Assembly (NCBI RefSeq): GCF_000698785.1
Contig: NZ_CP007536.1
Location: 630,001-662,000 of the forward strand
Reading direction: 5' to 3'
Source: Nitrososphaera viennensis EN76
GTDB lineage: Archaea; Thermoproteota; Nitrososphaeria; Nitrososphaerales; Nitrososphaeraceae
DNA: 32,000 nucleotides
Made by a program: the position numbers and the translations under genes. Numbering within the stretch: position 1 is the first letter of the stretch; the number at the start of each line of letters is the position of its first letter. Below are positions 23,073 to 31,835 of this stretch, piece by piece. The notes below the pieces were generated by a model, which was given only the letters and a program-made list of their open reading frames with translations, was not told where the DNA came from and ran no database searches.

Positions 23073-25277
23073 ATGAGTCTAAGCAATGGTAACAGTGCAT
23101 TACACCTCAAGGCCCTTGAATCATATACAAGGGATGTCGGCCGCGGAGTTGCCAGAATTGATTATCAAACCATGGATTCGCTGCATGTAAGCACTGGCGA
23201 TATTATCGAAGTCAGGGGAGAGCGCAGGACGGTAGCCAAGTGCTTGCCCCTTTACCCGTCAGACGAGAGCAAGGGCATCATCAGGGTGGATGGCCTTGTG
23301 AGAAACAACGCGGGCGTCGCGATAGGCGACAATGTAGTTGTCAAGAAGATAAAAGCCATACCAGCCCAGAAAGTCATAGTGACGCCCCTTGAGGCGATCC
23401 CTCCCATTAATGAAAGGTACCTTGCCGACGCGCTAGAGACCACCCCGATAGTCAAAGGCGACAATGTCATGATCCCTTATTTTGGAGGGAGGCTCACTTT
23501 CCAGATTGCCGGCGTCACGCCAGCTGTAACGTCAGAGTCTGCCGCCCTCGTGACGCAGGAAACTACGTTTGACATTACAGAAGTGGGCGAGACTTTGCGC
23601 GGGTTTACCCAGGTATCGTACGAAGATATCGGCGGCCTAAGGGAAGAGATACAAAAAGTCCGCGAGATGATAGAGCTTCCTCTTCGCCATCCCGAGATTT
23701 TCGAGAAACTCGGCATTGAAGCTCCAAAGGGCGTGCTGCTGTACGGGCCGCCAGGCACAGGCAAGACCTTGCTGGCAAAGGCGGTAGCTAGCGAAAGCAA
23801 TGCCCATTTCATCAGCATCTCCGGCCCGGAAATAATGAGCAAGTTCTACGGTGAATCGGAGGCGCGCTTGAGGGAGATATTCAAAGAAGCAAGGGAAAAG
23901 GCTCCAACCATAATGTTTGTTGACGAGATCGACTCTATTGCCCCAAAGAGGGAGGAAGTCACGGGCGAGGTTGAAAGAAGAATCGTATCCCAGATACTCT
24001 CCCTCATGGACGGCCTGGAGGCAAGGGGAGGAGTCATCGTCATCGCCGCCACAAACAGGCCAAACGCAGTCGATCCTGCCTTGAGAAGGCCCGGCAGGTT
24101 TGACAGGGAGATAGAGATCAAAGTGCCAGACAGGTCTGGCCGGCTGGAAATCCTCCAGATCCACGCCCGCAACATGCCATTGCAAAGCGACGTCGATCAA
24201 TCGAGAATTGCGGCCATCACGCACGGCTTTGTTGGTGCAGACCTTGAATACCTGTGCAAAGAGGCTGCCATGAAATGCTTGAGAAGGATGCTGCCAGAGC
24301 TGGACCTGGAGCAAGAGCAAGTTCCACTTGAAACTCTTGACAAACTCGTCATAACGCAAGGCGACTTTGACCAGGCAATAAAGGACGTGATGCCCTCGGC
24401 CATGAGGGAAGTATTCCTGGAATCGCCTGATGTTAGCTGGAGCGACATCGGCGGGCTCGAACAGATAAAGCGGGAACTGCAAGAAGCTGTCGAGTGGCCG
24501 CTAAAATACCCGGATCTTTACGCCAAGCTGGGGCACTCTATTCCAAAAGGCATCCTGCTTCATGGACCGTCTGGCGCCGGCAAGACCATGCTTGCCAAGG
24601 CGGTTGCGTCAGAGTCTGAGGCCAACTTTATCAGCATAAAGGGCCCAGAACTGCTAAGCGGATGGGTCGGCGAGTCAGAGCGCGGCATCAGAGAAGTGTT
24701 CAGGCGCGCCAGGCAGGCATCGCCATGCGTCATATTCTTTGACGAGATTGATTCCATTGCAACAACAAGGGGCGGGGCAGGAAATGGCGTCAGCGCAGGC
24801 TCTACGGAGAGGGTGGTCTCGCAGATACTCACAGAGCTGGACGGGATCTCTGAGCTCCGCGGAGTAGTCGTTTTGGCCGCAACTAACAGGCCGGACATGG
24901 TGGACCCTGCCCTGCTGAGGCCGGGCAGGTTTGACAGGATTGTTTTCGTACCAAACCCTGACAAGACGACGAGGAAGAGGATCTTTGAAATCTATGCGAA
25001 AGGAAAGCCCATCAAGCCTGGCGATATTGACTTGCAAAGGCTGTCTGATATTACAGACGGTTTTAGCGGAGCGGACGCTAGTGCAGTTGTAAACACTGCA
25101 GTGTCGCTTGTACTGCACAAATATCTATCCAGGTATCCAACGCCTGAGGAAGCTACCAAGCACGCTTCAGAAGCACGCATAACAATGCACGACTTTGAAG
25201 AGGCAGTCAAAAAGATCAGGGCACAAAGGGACATGAAGCCTGATGAAAGAAGAGTTTCACGGCCATATTACAGGTAG
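23073..25277 (+). CDS. cdc48: Cdc48/VAT-type AAA+ ATPase (N-domain plus D1 plus D2)
   Basis: The N-terminal double-psi barrel is [30 protein letters not shown]. There are two Walker A motifs ([15 protein letters not shown]; [15 protein letters not shown]), two Walker B motifs (MFVDEIDS; IFFDEIDS) and SRH regions. The C-terminus is ...SRPYYR. ATG 23073 is preferred over track GTG 23049. Confidence 0.93.
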   Translation: MSLSNGNSALHLKALESYTRDVGRGVARIDYQTMDSLHVSTGDIIEVRGERRTVAKCLPLYPSDESKGIIRVDGLVRNNAGVAIGDNVVVKKIKAIPAQKVIVTPLEAIPPINERYLADALETTPIVKGDNVMIPYFGGRLTFQIAGVTPAVTSESAALVTQETTFDITEVGETLRGFTQVSYEDIGGLREEIQKVREMIELPLRHPEIFEKLGIEAPKGVLLYGPPGTGKTLLAKAVASESNAHFISISGPEIMSKFYGESEARLREIFKEAREKAPTIMFVDEIDSIAPKREEVTGEVERRIVSQILSLMDGLEARGGVIVIAATNRPNAVDPALRRPGRFDREIEIKVPDRSGRLEILQIHARNMPLQSDVDQSRIAAITHGFVGADLEYLCKEAAMKCLRRMLPELDLEQEQVPLETLDKLVITQGDFDQAIKDVMPSAMREVFLESPDVSWSDIGGLEQIKRELQEAVEWPLKYPDLYAKLGHSIPKGILLHGPSGAGKTMLAKAVASESEANFISIKGPELLSGWVGESERGIREVFRRARQASPCVIFFDEIDSIATTRGGAGNGVSAGSTERVVSQILTELDGISELRGVVVLAATNRPDMVDPALLRPGRFDRIVFVPNPDKTTRKRIFEIYAKGKPIKPGDIDLQRLSDITDGFSGADASAVVNTAVSLVLHKYLSRYPTPEEATKHASEARITMHDFEEAVKKIRAQRDMKPDERRVSRPYYR

Positions 25278-25313
25278 CCCAGTCAGTTAATCTTTGAACC
25301 GTTGGTTGCGCCA

Positions 25314-26239
25314 TTAGCGCCCGGCAGACAGTATTTTTTCCAGGCACTTGACAATCCGGCCGGCAGAGCGGCCCCCGTCAAGGTCAGGATTGTATATCGT
25401 CAGGTTGCATCCTGCTATCTTGCCCGAACCCATGGCAGCCCTGCCGATCCTTTCAAGCTGCCTCCGGTTTAGGCCGCCGGGCTGCGGGTAGTCCACCGCG
25501 GAAAGAGACCGGGTTGAAAGCACGTCCAGGTCCATGTGGAGCCACACCCTTTTGGTCCGGGAGGACAACAATCGCCCTACGGCCCTGCTTACAAGGTCTT
25601 CCATGCAGTTGTCACTGTTGCGCAAAGCAACGTCGCTGTAAAACTCTGCCACCATTCTATCCAGCGACGGGACGTTCGCATGCTGCAGGTACTTTTTGTC
25701 CCGGGGCCCAAGCATGCAGACCGCAGAGGCGTCAACCAGAGGCGTGCGGACGGCTTTTGCAAGCAGTGGCGGGACCTGAAGGCCGAGGGCAAACCCAAGT
25801 TCCATGTCGGCAGCTTCGCCCGCGGGTGACTTGTGCGCAGGATAGGCATCCTCGTGCCCGTCTACAAACAGCAGGCCGGTTTTAGAAAAGATGTCCGCAG
25901 ACGCTGCCAGGCAGCCAAGTAGGACAGGACAATCGCCCCCTATAACAAGCGGGAACCTGCCTTCCCCGAGGATGCGGCCGACGCTGGAGCGCACCTGCCT
26001 GACCATAGAGATGAGCGAGCTGTACGCAATTATCCCCGAGTGCGCGTCGCGTTTTGTAGAAGGTGCGGCAAAGGTCACGTCACCTTCGTCACAGGCTTCA
26101 TGCAGATTGCCAAGCGCGTGCAGCAGCCCTGCCTTGCGGAGGGCACAAGGCGCGTTGGCAACCCCGCTTCTTTCCCGGCGGAATTGGTCGGAACGCCAAG
26201 CACGCTCGGTTGCAAGCCACTATTTACATGCCGCGACAT
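25314..26239 (-). pseudogene. Arginase/agmatinase/formiminoglutamase-family (ureohydrolase) gene interrupted by a 1-nt frameshift
   Basis: The track ORF 25314..26078 (GTG start) lacks the family N-terminus. A 54-codon ORF from ATG 26239 in another frame encodes MSRHVNSGLQPSVLGVPTNSAGKEAG... The main frame is open upstream to 26219 and reads ...GVANAPCALRKAGLLHALGNLHEACDEGDVTF... Joining the frames at the CCCC run (26162..26165) restores the canonical v.lGvP.d.g....G...aP.alR.aGl...L......D.GDv N-terminus. Downstream motifs are IGGDCPV, VDGHEDA and HMDLDVL. Confidence 0.65.
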
Positions 26240-26284
26240 GCGTTTAAGGCTTGGTACGTAGAAAGCGGCAGCGCCAGAGAGGAG

Positions 26285-27154
26285 TCACTGGAACAATATC
26301 TTGTGCCTTATCGTGCCGAGCCTTTCGATGGCTATCTCGACGACGTCGCCATTTTTCAGGTAGCGCGGCTCCTTCATCGACATGGCAACGCCTGCAGGCG
26401 TGCCTGTTGAAATGATGTCGCCGGGCTCCAGCGTCATCGTGCGGGTGAGCCCTGAGATTATGCGCCTTATTGAAAGGACCATGTTGCTTGACGAGGAATT
26501 CTGCCTAGTCTCGCTGTTTACCTTGGTGGTTATCATCAGGTTCTGCGGGTCTGGCACCTCGTCCTTGGTGGTTATCCACGGGCCGCAGGGCGCAAAGGTG
26601 TCGATGCCCTTGCCCCGCGTAAACTGCTTGTCCTTGAACTGGATGTCACGCGCGGAAACGTCGTGGAATATCATGTAGCCAAACACGCAGTCAAGCGCTT
26701 CTTCCTCCGAGAGCTTTTTCGCCTGCTTGCCGATGATCACTGCAAGCTCGGCCTCGTAGTCCAGCCTTGTGACAAAGGACGGGCAGTGGACCTCGCCGTA
26801 GGGCTTGTTGAGCGCGGTCCGGGGCTTTAAAAAGATCACCGGCTCGTCAGAAGGCGTCAGGCCGGCGTCGCGTGCATGGTCGTAATAGTTGAACGCAAGG
26901 CACACTATTTTTGGCGGGTTTGGTATCGGAACAAGCAGGTCTGCCTCCTCGACCTTGTGCTTGAATGTTAACCTGTCTTTTGACTTTCTGACCTCGTCGA
27001 GCCAGCCGTTGAACATGAAATCCTTGATGCTTGGGGGCACCGGTATGCCCGTCTGTTCCTGGATCTCTTGGCGCGTGACCAGGCGCTTGCCGTCGTCAGA
27101 GACCAGCGCATATGTTTCCTGAAACTTGGAATCGTTTATTCTTGCTATCTTCAT
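26285..27154 (-). CDS. Fumarylacetoacetate hydrolase (FAH) family protein (2-keto-4-pentenoate hydratase / oxaloacetate decarboxylase type)
   Basis: KIVCLAFNYYDHA ... DYEAELAVIIGK ... GYMIFHDVSARDIQ ... QFTRGKGIDTFAPCGPWI ... PGDIISTGTPAGV are FAH-family core motifs. Confidence 0.9.
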   Translation of the reverse strand: MKIARINDSKFQETYALVSDDGKRLVTRQEIQEQTGIPVPPSIKDFMFNGWLDEVRKSKDRLTFKHKVEEADLLVPIPNPPKIVCLAFNYYDHARDAGLTPSDEPVIFLKPRTALNKPYGEVHCPSFVTRLDYEAELAVIIGKQAKKLSEEEALDCVFGYMIFHDVSARDIQFKDKQFTRGKGIDTFAPCGPWITTKDEVPDPQNLMITTKVNSETRQNSSSSNMVLSIRRIISGLTRTMTLEPGDIISTGTPAGVAMSMKEPRYLKNGDVVEIAIERLGTIRHKILFQ

Positions 27155-27161
27155 TGCATGC

Positions 27162-28898
27162 CTACCTGTGCGTCAGTATGGCGGTGTTGTTGCCGTCGAT
27201 GCGGCAGAACCCGAACCTCACGAACTGGACGCAGGTGTCAGGCGCAAGGGCGGCCGCAAATGACTCTACCCCACCTTTTGCTATTTCAAGGCTGTTCGTG
27301 TTGTACTCCTCACCTATGTACAGTTCCTTGGGAATCATAACTTTGAAGTCAACTATATCATTCTTTGCAATCCACTGGATCTTTGGCATCGACTGGCGGA
27401 TTTCGTCGCCGCCGACTTGGGCGATTATTGACGCCACCTTTCCGCCCTGTGTTATGATTTCCTTTATGCGGATATTGTAAAGCTCGATGAGGCGCACTTC
27501 ATCGCCTGCCTTTAGGTTTGCGGCATCTTCGCCGGCAATGTATACTCTATCTGACACCCTTACCTTCCTTGAGCCCAGAGACGCGTCGGTCGGGTGGTTC
27601 TTGAGCGTCACCTCCAGCGGCGTTGCACCTTCAATCCGCACTTCAACAGGGTCGCGCACAAAGAACAGGCGCATGGATGTCGGGTCGATTACCTTCCTGT
27701 TGTATGCTTCAAGAGACTCAAACGGCGGCTTGGTCTCTGCAAGCGTTATTCCAAGCGACAGCACGAACTTGCGTATCGCCTCCGGCACAAAGCCGCGGCG
27801 CCGGAACGCAGAAAGCGTCGGAAGGCGCGGGTCGTCCCAGCTTGATATCGTGCCATTGTCTATGAGCGGGCGGATCTTTCGCTTTGACACAGGTATTCCT
27901 TCAAATTCCAGGCGGGAAAACTCGATCATAGCCGGCTTGCGCATGGAAAGCCGGTCAAGTATCGCAAAGTACAGCGCGTTGCGCAGCTCGTACTCTTTGG
28001 TCCTCATGGCGTGTGTCACGCCGTCGAGGCTGTCCTCCACTGGCGCGGCAAAGTCGTACGTGGGCCACACCCTGACCCTGTTCCCAAGCAGGGGGTGCTC
28101 ACCTTCGATTATGCGAAAGAGCGTAGGGTCGCGCATTGCGGTGTTCTGGTCGGCCATGTCGCCCTTGAAGCGGATTATGGCCTGATTCTGCTCGTACGAG
28201 CCGTCAAACATCCTGCCTATCCTGTCAAGCGCAATCGAATGGTCGAGCCGGCACTCGCATGGCAGGCCCTTTCCCCGCAGGTCATGGATCTTGTCCTGGC
28301 TGCACGTGCACACGTACGCGCCGCCTGTCTCCACCAGCTTTTTTCCCAGCTCGTGGATTTTTGAAATGTCGTCCGAAGTGTTCTTGACGATGTCCGGCTT
28401 GACTCCAAGCCACTTCAGTCCTTCCGCTATTGCGTCATAGTATTCCAGTTTTTCCTTGAGCGGGTTGGTGTCGTCAAAGCGCAGGATAAGCTTGCCCTGG
28501 TACATGCGGGCATATTCCTCGTCGATTATCGCGGCCTTGGCGTGCCCGATGTGAGGGTAGCCGTTTGGCTCTGGAGGGAACCGCGTCACCACGCTTCCCA
28601 TGACTGCACCTTCAAGCGGGGGAAGGCGCGGGCCGGACTCGACGTGCTTTTTGGCTTCAAGCTCACCGGGCGCAAGCTGCTCCAAAAGCGCCTTTTGCTC
28701 CGCGGCAGGCATGGCGTTTACCGCCTGCACGACTGCCTTTATGTCCGGTATCAGCGACTTGATCTCGGACCGCTTGTCAGGACGTGAGCCTATGAACTTG
28801 GAAATCACCGCGTCAAACGCCGCCTTGCCTCCGTGCTCTAGCGCGTTTTTCAGCGCAAGCGTCTTGGCAAGCCTTTCGATTTCGCTGTCAAGTGGCAC
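27162..28898 (-). CDS. gltX: Glutamyl-tRNA synthetase, archaeal type
   Basis: The class I HIGH region is FPPEPNGYPHIGHAKAAIIDEEYARMYQGKLILRFDDTNP, with a KMSKS-like VSKRK. The N-terminus LAKTLALKNALEHGGKA aligns with archaeal GluRS starts. GTG 28898, 4 nt after the upstream TAG, is preferred. The track start TTG 28988 would overlap the GGPPS gene by 86 nt. Confidence 0.9.
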   Translation of the reverse strand: MPLDSEIERLAKTLALKNALEHGGKAAFDAVISKFIGSRPDKRSEIKSLIPDIKAVVQAVNAMPAAEQKALLEQLAPGELEAKKHVESGPRLPPLEGAVMGSVVTRFPPEPNGYPHIGHAKAAIIDEEYARMYQGKLILRFDDTNPLKEKLEYYDAIAEGLKWLGVKPDIVKNTSDDISKIHELGKKLVETGGAYVCTCSQDKIHDLRGKGLPCECRLDHSIALDRIGRMFDGSYEQNQAIIRFKGDMADQNTAMRDPTLFRIIEGEHPLLGNRVRVWPTYDFAAPVEDSLDGVTHAMRTKEYELRNALYFAILDRLSMRKPAMIEFSRLEFEGIPVSKRKIRPLIDNGTISSWDDPRLPTLSAFRRRGFVPEAIRKFVLSLGITLAETKPPFESLEAYNRKVIDPTSMRLFFVRDPVEVRIEGATPLEVTLKNHPTDASLGSRKVRVSDRVYIAGEDAANLKAGDEVRLIELYNIRIKEIITQGGKVASIIAQVGGDEIRQSMPKIQWIAKNDIVDFKVMIPKELYIGEEYNTNSLEIAKGGVESFAAALAPDTCVQFVRFGFCRIDGNNTAILTHR

Positions 28899-28902
28899 GG
28901 GC

Positions 28903-29910
28903 CTACAGACTCCTGCCGACGATAAAATCGGCGGCAAACTGGAGCGAGCGCCTTGCGTCGGCATTTGAATAACCTTCGATAGAGGCAAGCGCCTTGGCCA
29001 TGTGCTGCCGCGCCGCGTTTCTCACGTCCTCGTCGATTCCCATGTCCGACACGACCTTGACTGCGTCCTTTATCTCCGGTACAGACGCGGCCTTTGATCC
29101 GAACACCTTCATCAGCTTGTCCCGCTCGTCGCCCTTTGCCTTGCGCAGCGCAAGCAGTATAGGAAGCGTCTTTTTGCCCTCCCGGATGTCGTTTCCTGCG
29201 GCCTTGCCTGTCACCTTGGGGTCGCCTATTGCCCCGATGAGGTCGTCCACCAGCTGAAATGCCACGCCGATGTTCCTGCCAAACGAGGCGAGGTTGTCCA
29301 CATCCTTGATACCAGGATTAGGTGAGGACAGTGCACCCATGGCGCACGACACCTCAAAGAGCGCGGCGGTCTTTTTGCCAATCATGTCGATATACTGGCT
29401 CTCGCTTGGGAACTTTGTATTGGAAGCAAAGTCGATGTCTATTGTCTGCCCCTCGCAGATGACGGTGCACGAGTTTGCAAGCCGGCCGACCATCTCGGTT
29501 ATCTCTTTGTCGCCGATGCCGACCTTTCTTCCGTTGTAGGAAAGGATCTCAAACGCCTTTGAGAAAAGTATGTCTCCGCCGAGTATGGCAAGCGGGAGCC
29601 CGTACTGGTGGTGCACGGTTGCAACGCCGTGGCGCATCTCGTCGTTGTCCATGATGTCGTCATGGACGAGCGTAAAGTTGTGCACGAGTTCCACCGCCCC
29701 TGCCGCCGGAAGGGCGCGCTTTATCGCGCCGCCAAGCAGCTCGCAGCTCTTGATGACCATGAATGGGCGGAGGCGCTTGCCTCCCGACCTGATGTAATGG
29801 GACGAAGCTTGATAGAGCGCCTTTGGCTTGCCGTCGAGTTGTGAAAGCAGGAACTCGTTGACGGCAAAAGCGCACGAATCAAGTTCGTTTTTCATGCTGC
29901 TTGCCCTCAT
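28903..29910 (-). CDS. idsA: Geranylgeranyl diphosphate synthase (short-chain trans-polyprenyl synthase)
   Basis: The first Asp-rich motif is LVHDDIMDNDEMRHG and the second is FQLVDDLIGAIGD, with GKRLRP upstream. The start ATG overlaps the upstream stop (ATGA at 29907..29910). Confidence 0.9.
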   Translation of the reverse strand: MRASSMKNELDSCAFAVNEFLLSQLDGKPKALYQASSHYIRSGGKRLRPFMVIKSCELLGGAIKRALPAAGAVELVHNFTLVHDDIMDNDEMRHGVATVHHQYGLPLAILGGDILFSKAFEILSYNGRKVGIGDKEITEMVGRLANSCTVICEGQTIDIDFASNTKFPSESQYIDMIGKKTAALFEVSCAMGALSSPNPGIKDVDNLASFGRNIGVAFQLVDDLIGAIGDPKVTGKAAGNDIREGKKTLPILLALRKAKGDERDKLMKVFGSKAASVPEIKDAVKVVSDMGIDEDVRNAARQHMAKALASIEGYSNADARRSLQFAADFIVGRSL

Positions 29911-30995
29911 GCGCGGCTAACCTCTTGTGCTAAAGCTCCTGTCAATATATACCTTGAGCTGGCAAGTGCGCGCACGTTTGCAGCCCCCACTAGGAACATC
30001 GTGCTGCGCAGTTCTGCCAGGACAGAGTCTGCAAACTCGAAAAGCGCTTCCCTTGACTGCGCCGCGGCTTTCAAAAAGGGATACGCCATCGCAGCCATGC
30101 TTGCGCCAAGCGCGATGCATTTTGCAACTTCAAGGCCGTTTCGGAGGCCGCCCGACGCAACAAGCGGTAGTTTCACGGCCTTTCTTGTTTCAATTAGGCT
30201 TGCGGCAGTAGGCATGCCCCAGTCCCAGAACATCTCGCCAAGGCGCGCCTTTTTGCGGTCCTTGACCATGTCGGCGCGCAGCTTTTCCACGCCGGCCCAG
30301 CTCGTCCCTCCAGCTCCGGCGACGTTTATCGCAGAGGCGCCGGCCATCTCCAGCTTTATCGCGACTTCGCGCGAGATGCCTGCCCCGACCTCCTTGACGA
30401 TCACCGGCACATCCATGCTCTTGACAAGCTCTACTATTTTTGCATGGACGCCCTTGTAGCGGGGCTCGCCCTCTGGCTGTACCAGTTCCTGCAACGGGTT
30501 GAGGTGGACTACGAGCGCGTTTGCCCTTATCATCTTCACTATCTTTCTTGCATCGTCAACCGACAGCCCCTTGGCCAGCTGCGCGCCTCCAATGTTTGCT
30601 ATCAAGAACGCGTTTGGCGCGTTCTTTCTCGCAACTGAATAGGTAGATGCCAGCTCTTCGCTTTTCAGGCCGGCGCGCTGGCTTCCAAGCCCCATGCCAA
30701 GGCCATACTTTTCTGCAAGCTCGCCCAGCCTGCCGTTTATTACGGTCGCCTCGTCGGTGCCGCCGGTCATCGAGTCGATTATCAACGGTGCAGAAAACCT
30801 GTGGCCCAGGAACCTGGTCGAAAGGTCGATGTCGTCATAGTCAAGCTCGGGAAGCGCATTGTGCACCAGTTTTACGTATTCGAGGTACGTCGACGTCGTC
30901 CGGGCCTGCACGTCCTTTTGCAGAGGGATGTCTATTCCGTCCTTTTTGCGCTGCTTTATTATTTCAATGTCAGAAGGCACATCGGCGTCAGGCAA
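29907..30995 (-). CDS. fni: Isopentenyl-diphosphate delta-isomerase, type 2 (FMN-dependent)
   Basis: FSAPLIIDSMTGGTDEA ... GLGMGLGSQRAGL ... VIVKEVGAGIS ... ASGGLRNGLEVAKCIALGA is the TIM-barrel IDI-2 pattern. The TTG start lies 6 nt after the IPK stop. Confidence 0.9.
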   Translation of the reverse strand: MPDADVPSDIEIIKQRKKDGIDIPLQKDVQARTTSTYLEYVKLVHNALPELDYDDIDLSTRFLGHRFSAPLIIDSMTGGTDEATVINGRLGELAEKYGLGMGLGSQRAGLKSEELASTYSVARKNAPNAFLIANIGGAQLAKGLSVDDARKIVKMIRANALVVHLNPLQELVQPEGEPRYKGVHAKIVELVKSMDVPVIVKEVGAGISREVAIKLEMAGASAINVAGAGGTSWAGVEKLRADMVKDRKKARLGEMFWDWGMPTAASLIETRKAVKLPLVASGGLRNGLEVAKCIALGASMAAMAYPFLKAAAQSREALFEFADSVLAELRSTMFLVGAANVRALASSRYILTGALAQEVSRA

Positions 30996-31001
30996 CTGCT
31001 G

Positions 31002-31784
31002 TTATTTCCTCCCCTTCTTTACGACGGTGCCTGTCTGAACCTTGCCCTGCGCCGCCTGGGCGATGCGCTCAGGGTAGAGCCCGTTTACCAGCACGACATC
31101 CATACCCATTGATGCAATCTTAAATGCTTCCCTTACCTTGCGCTGCATGCCGCCAGTCACGTCGGCGCCGGCTGTCTTTGAGAATTCCACGGGGTCGCCA
31201 CCGCCACCCCTTCCAGGCTTTAGCTCTTTTATGATCTCTTTTGTCTGCATGTCCCTGTAAATGCCGTCAACGTTTGTGGCAAATATCACCCTTGACGGCT
31301 TTAGCACCTTTGCGATGATTGACATCAGCGCGTCGCCGGAAAGAATAGAGTATTTCCGGCCGCCCATGTGTACCACGTCGCCAAAAGTTACAGGTATTAC
31401 GTTTGACTTTTTTGCCATTTCATGCAGCTGCTTTACCTTTGCTGCAATCACTTTATGGCCCGTCGTGAACATTGCCGGCGCGACAGCGTACGGGTTTGCG
31501 CCTGCCTTTATCATGGAATTTACGATTATCTGGTTTAATGCGACCATCGACTCGTGTACTACTGCGACTCCGTGTGGATCGTAGGGCGCAGCCTTTGTGT
31601 GCATGTCGTACTGCACCGACCAGTGGTGGCCAAAAGACCCCCCGCCGTGGACAACCATGACAGGCATGTCAAGCTGCGCAAGGGCGCCGGATATGCCGTC
31701 TATGGCCCCGGTGTTTGCGGCAAGCGCCCGGTCCTTGAAGGTAATGACAGAGCCCCCCAGCTTGACAAGCACAAGTTTCTGCAT
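31002..31784 (-). CDS. ipk: Isopentenyl phosphate kinase (amino-acid-kinase fold)
   Basis: LVLVKLGGSVITFKD ... VVHGGGSFGHH ... DGIY ... TGGM. This is the IPK/AAK-family signature, in the archaeal mevalonate-pathway context next to IDI-2 and GGPPS. Confidence 0.85.
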   Translation of the reverse strand: MQKLVLVKLGGSVITFKDRALAANTGAIDGISGALAQLDMPVMVVHGGGSFGHHWSVQYDMHTKAAPYDPHGVAVVHESMVALNQIIVNSMIKAGANPYAVAPAMFTTGHKVIAAKVKQLHEMAKKSNVIPVTFGDVVHMGGRKYSILSGDALMSIIAKVLKPSRVIFATNVDGIYRDMQTKEIIKELKPGRGGGGDPVEFSKTAGADVTGGMQRKVREAFKIASMGMDVVLVNGLYPERIAQAAQGKVQTGTVVKKGRK

Positions 31785-31812
31785 TTAGTAAAAAGCGTGT
31801 ATTGTGTAGTCG

Positions 31813-31820
31813 ATTTAAAG
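31813..31820 (-). promoter_or_regulatory. TATA-like box CTTTAAAT (minus strand) for the IPK-led gene array
   Basis: This is the only A/T box in the 51-nt gap between 31785 and 31835. It is centred about 32 nt upstream of ATG 31784. Confidence 0.35.
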
Positions 31821-31835
31821 TTTTGACCTACCCAC

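Noticed and set aside
23637-24482. 281-aa minus-strand ORF inside cdc48, plus smaller antisense ORFs at 23477..23842, 23846..24175 and 24560..25118
   Set aside because: It is antisense to a textbook double-AAA+ ATPase, has no motifs and has skewed composition. It is a shadow ORF.
27487-28185. 232-aa plus-strand ORF; similar cases at 3798..4430 (-), 18599..19261 (-), 15695..16258 (-), 1007..1561 (-) and 5808..6215 (-)
   Set aside because: Each lies antisense to a gene with clear family motifs (gltX, SIS, radical SAM, the membrane/UbiC-like pair, the surface protein, mntR). All are Ser/Arg/Pro/Ala-rich with no recognisable domains.
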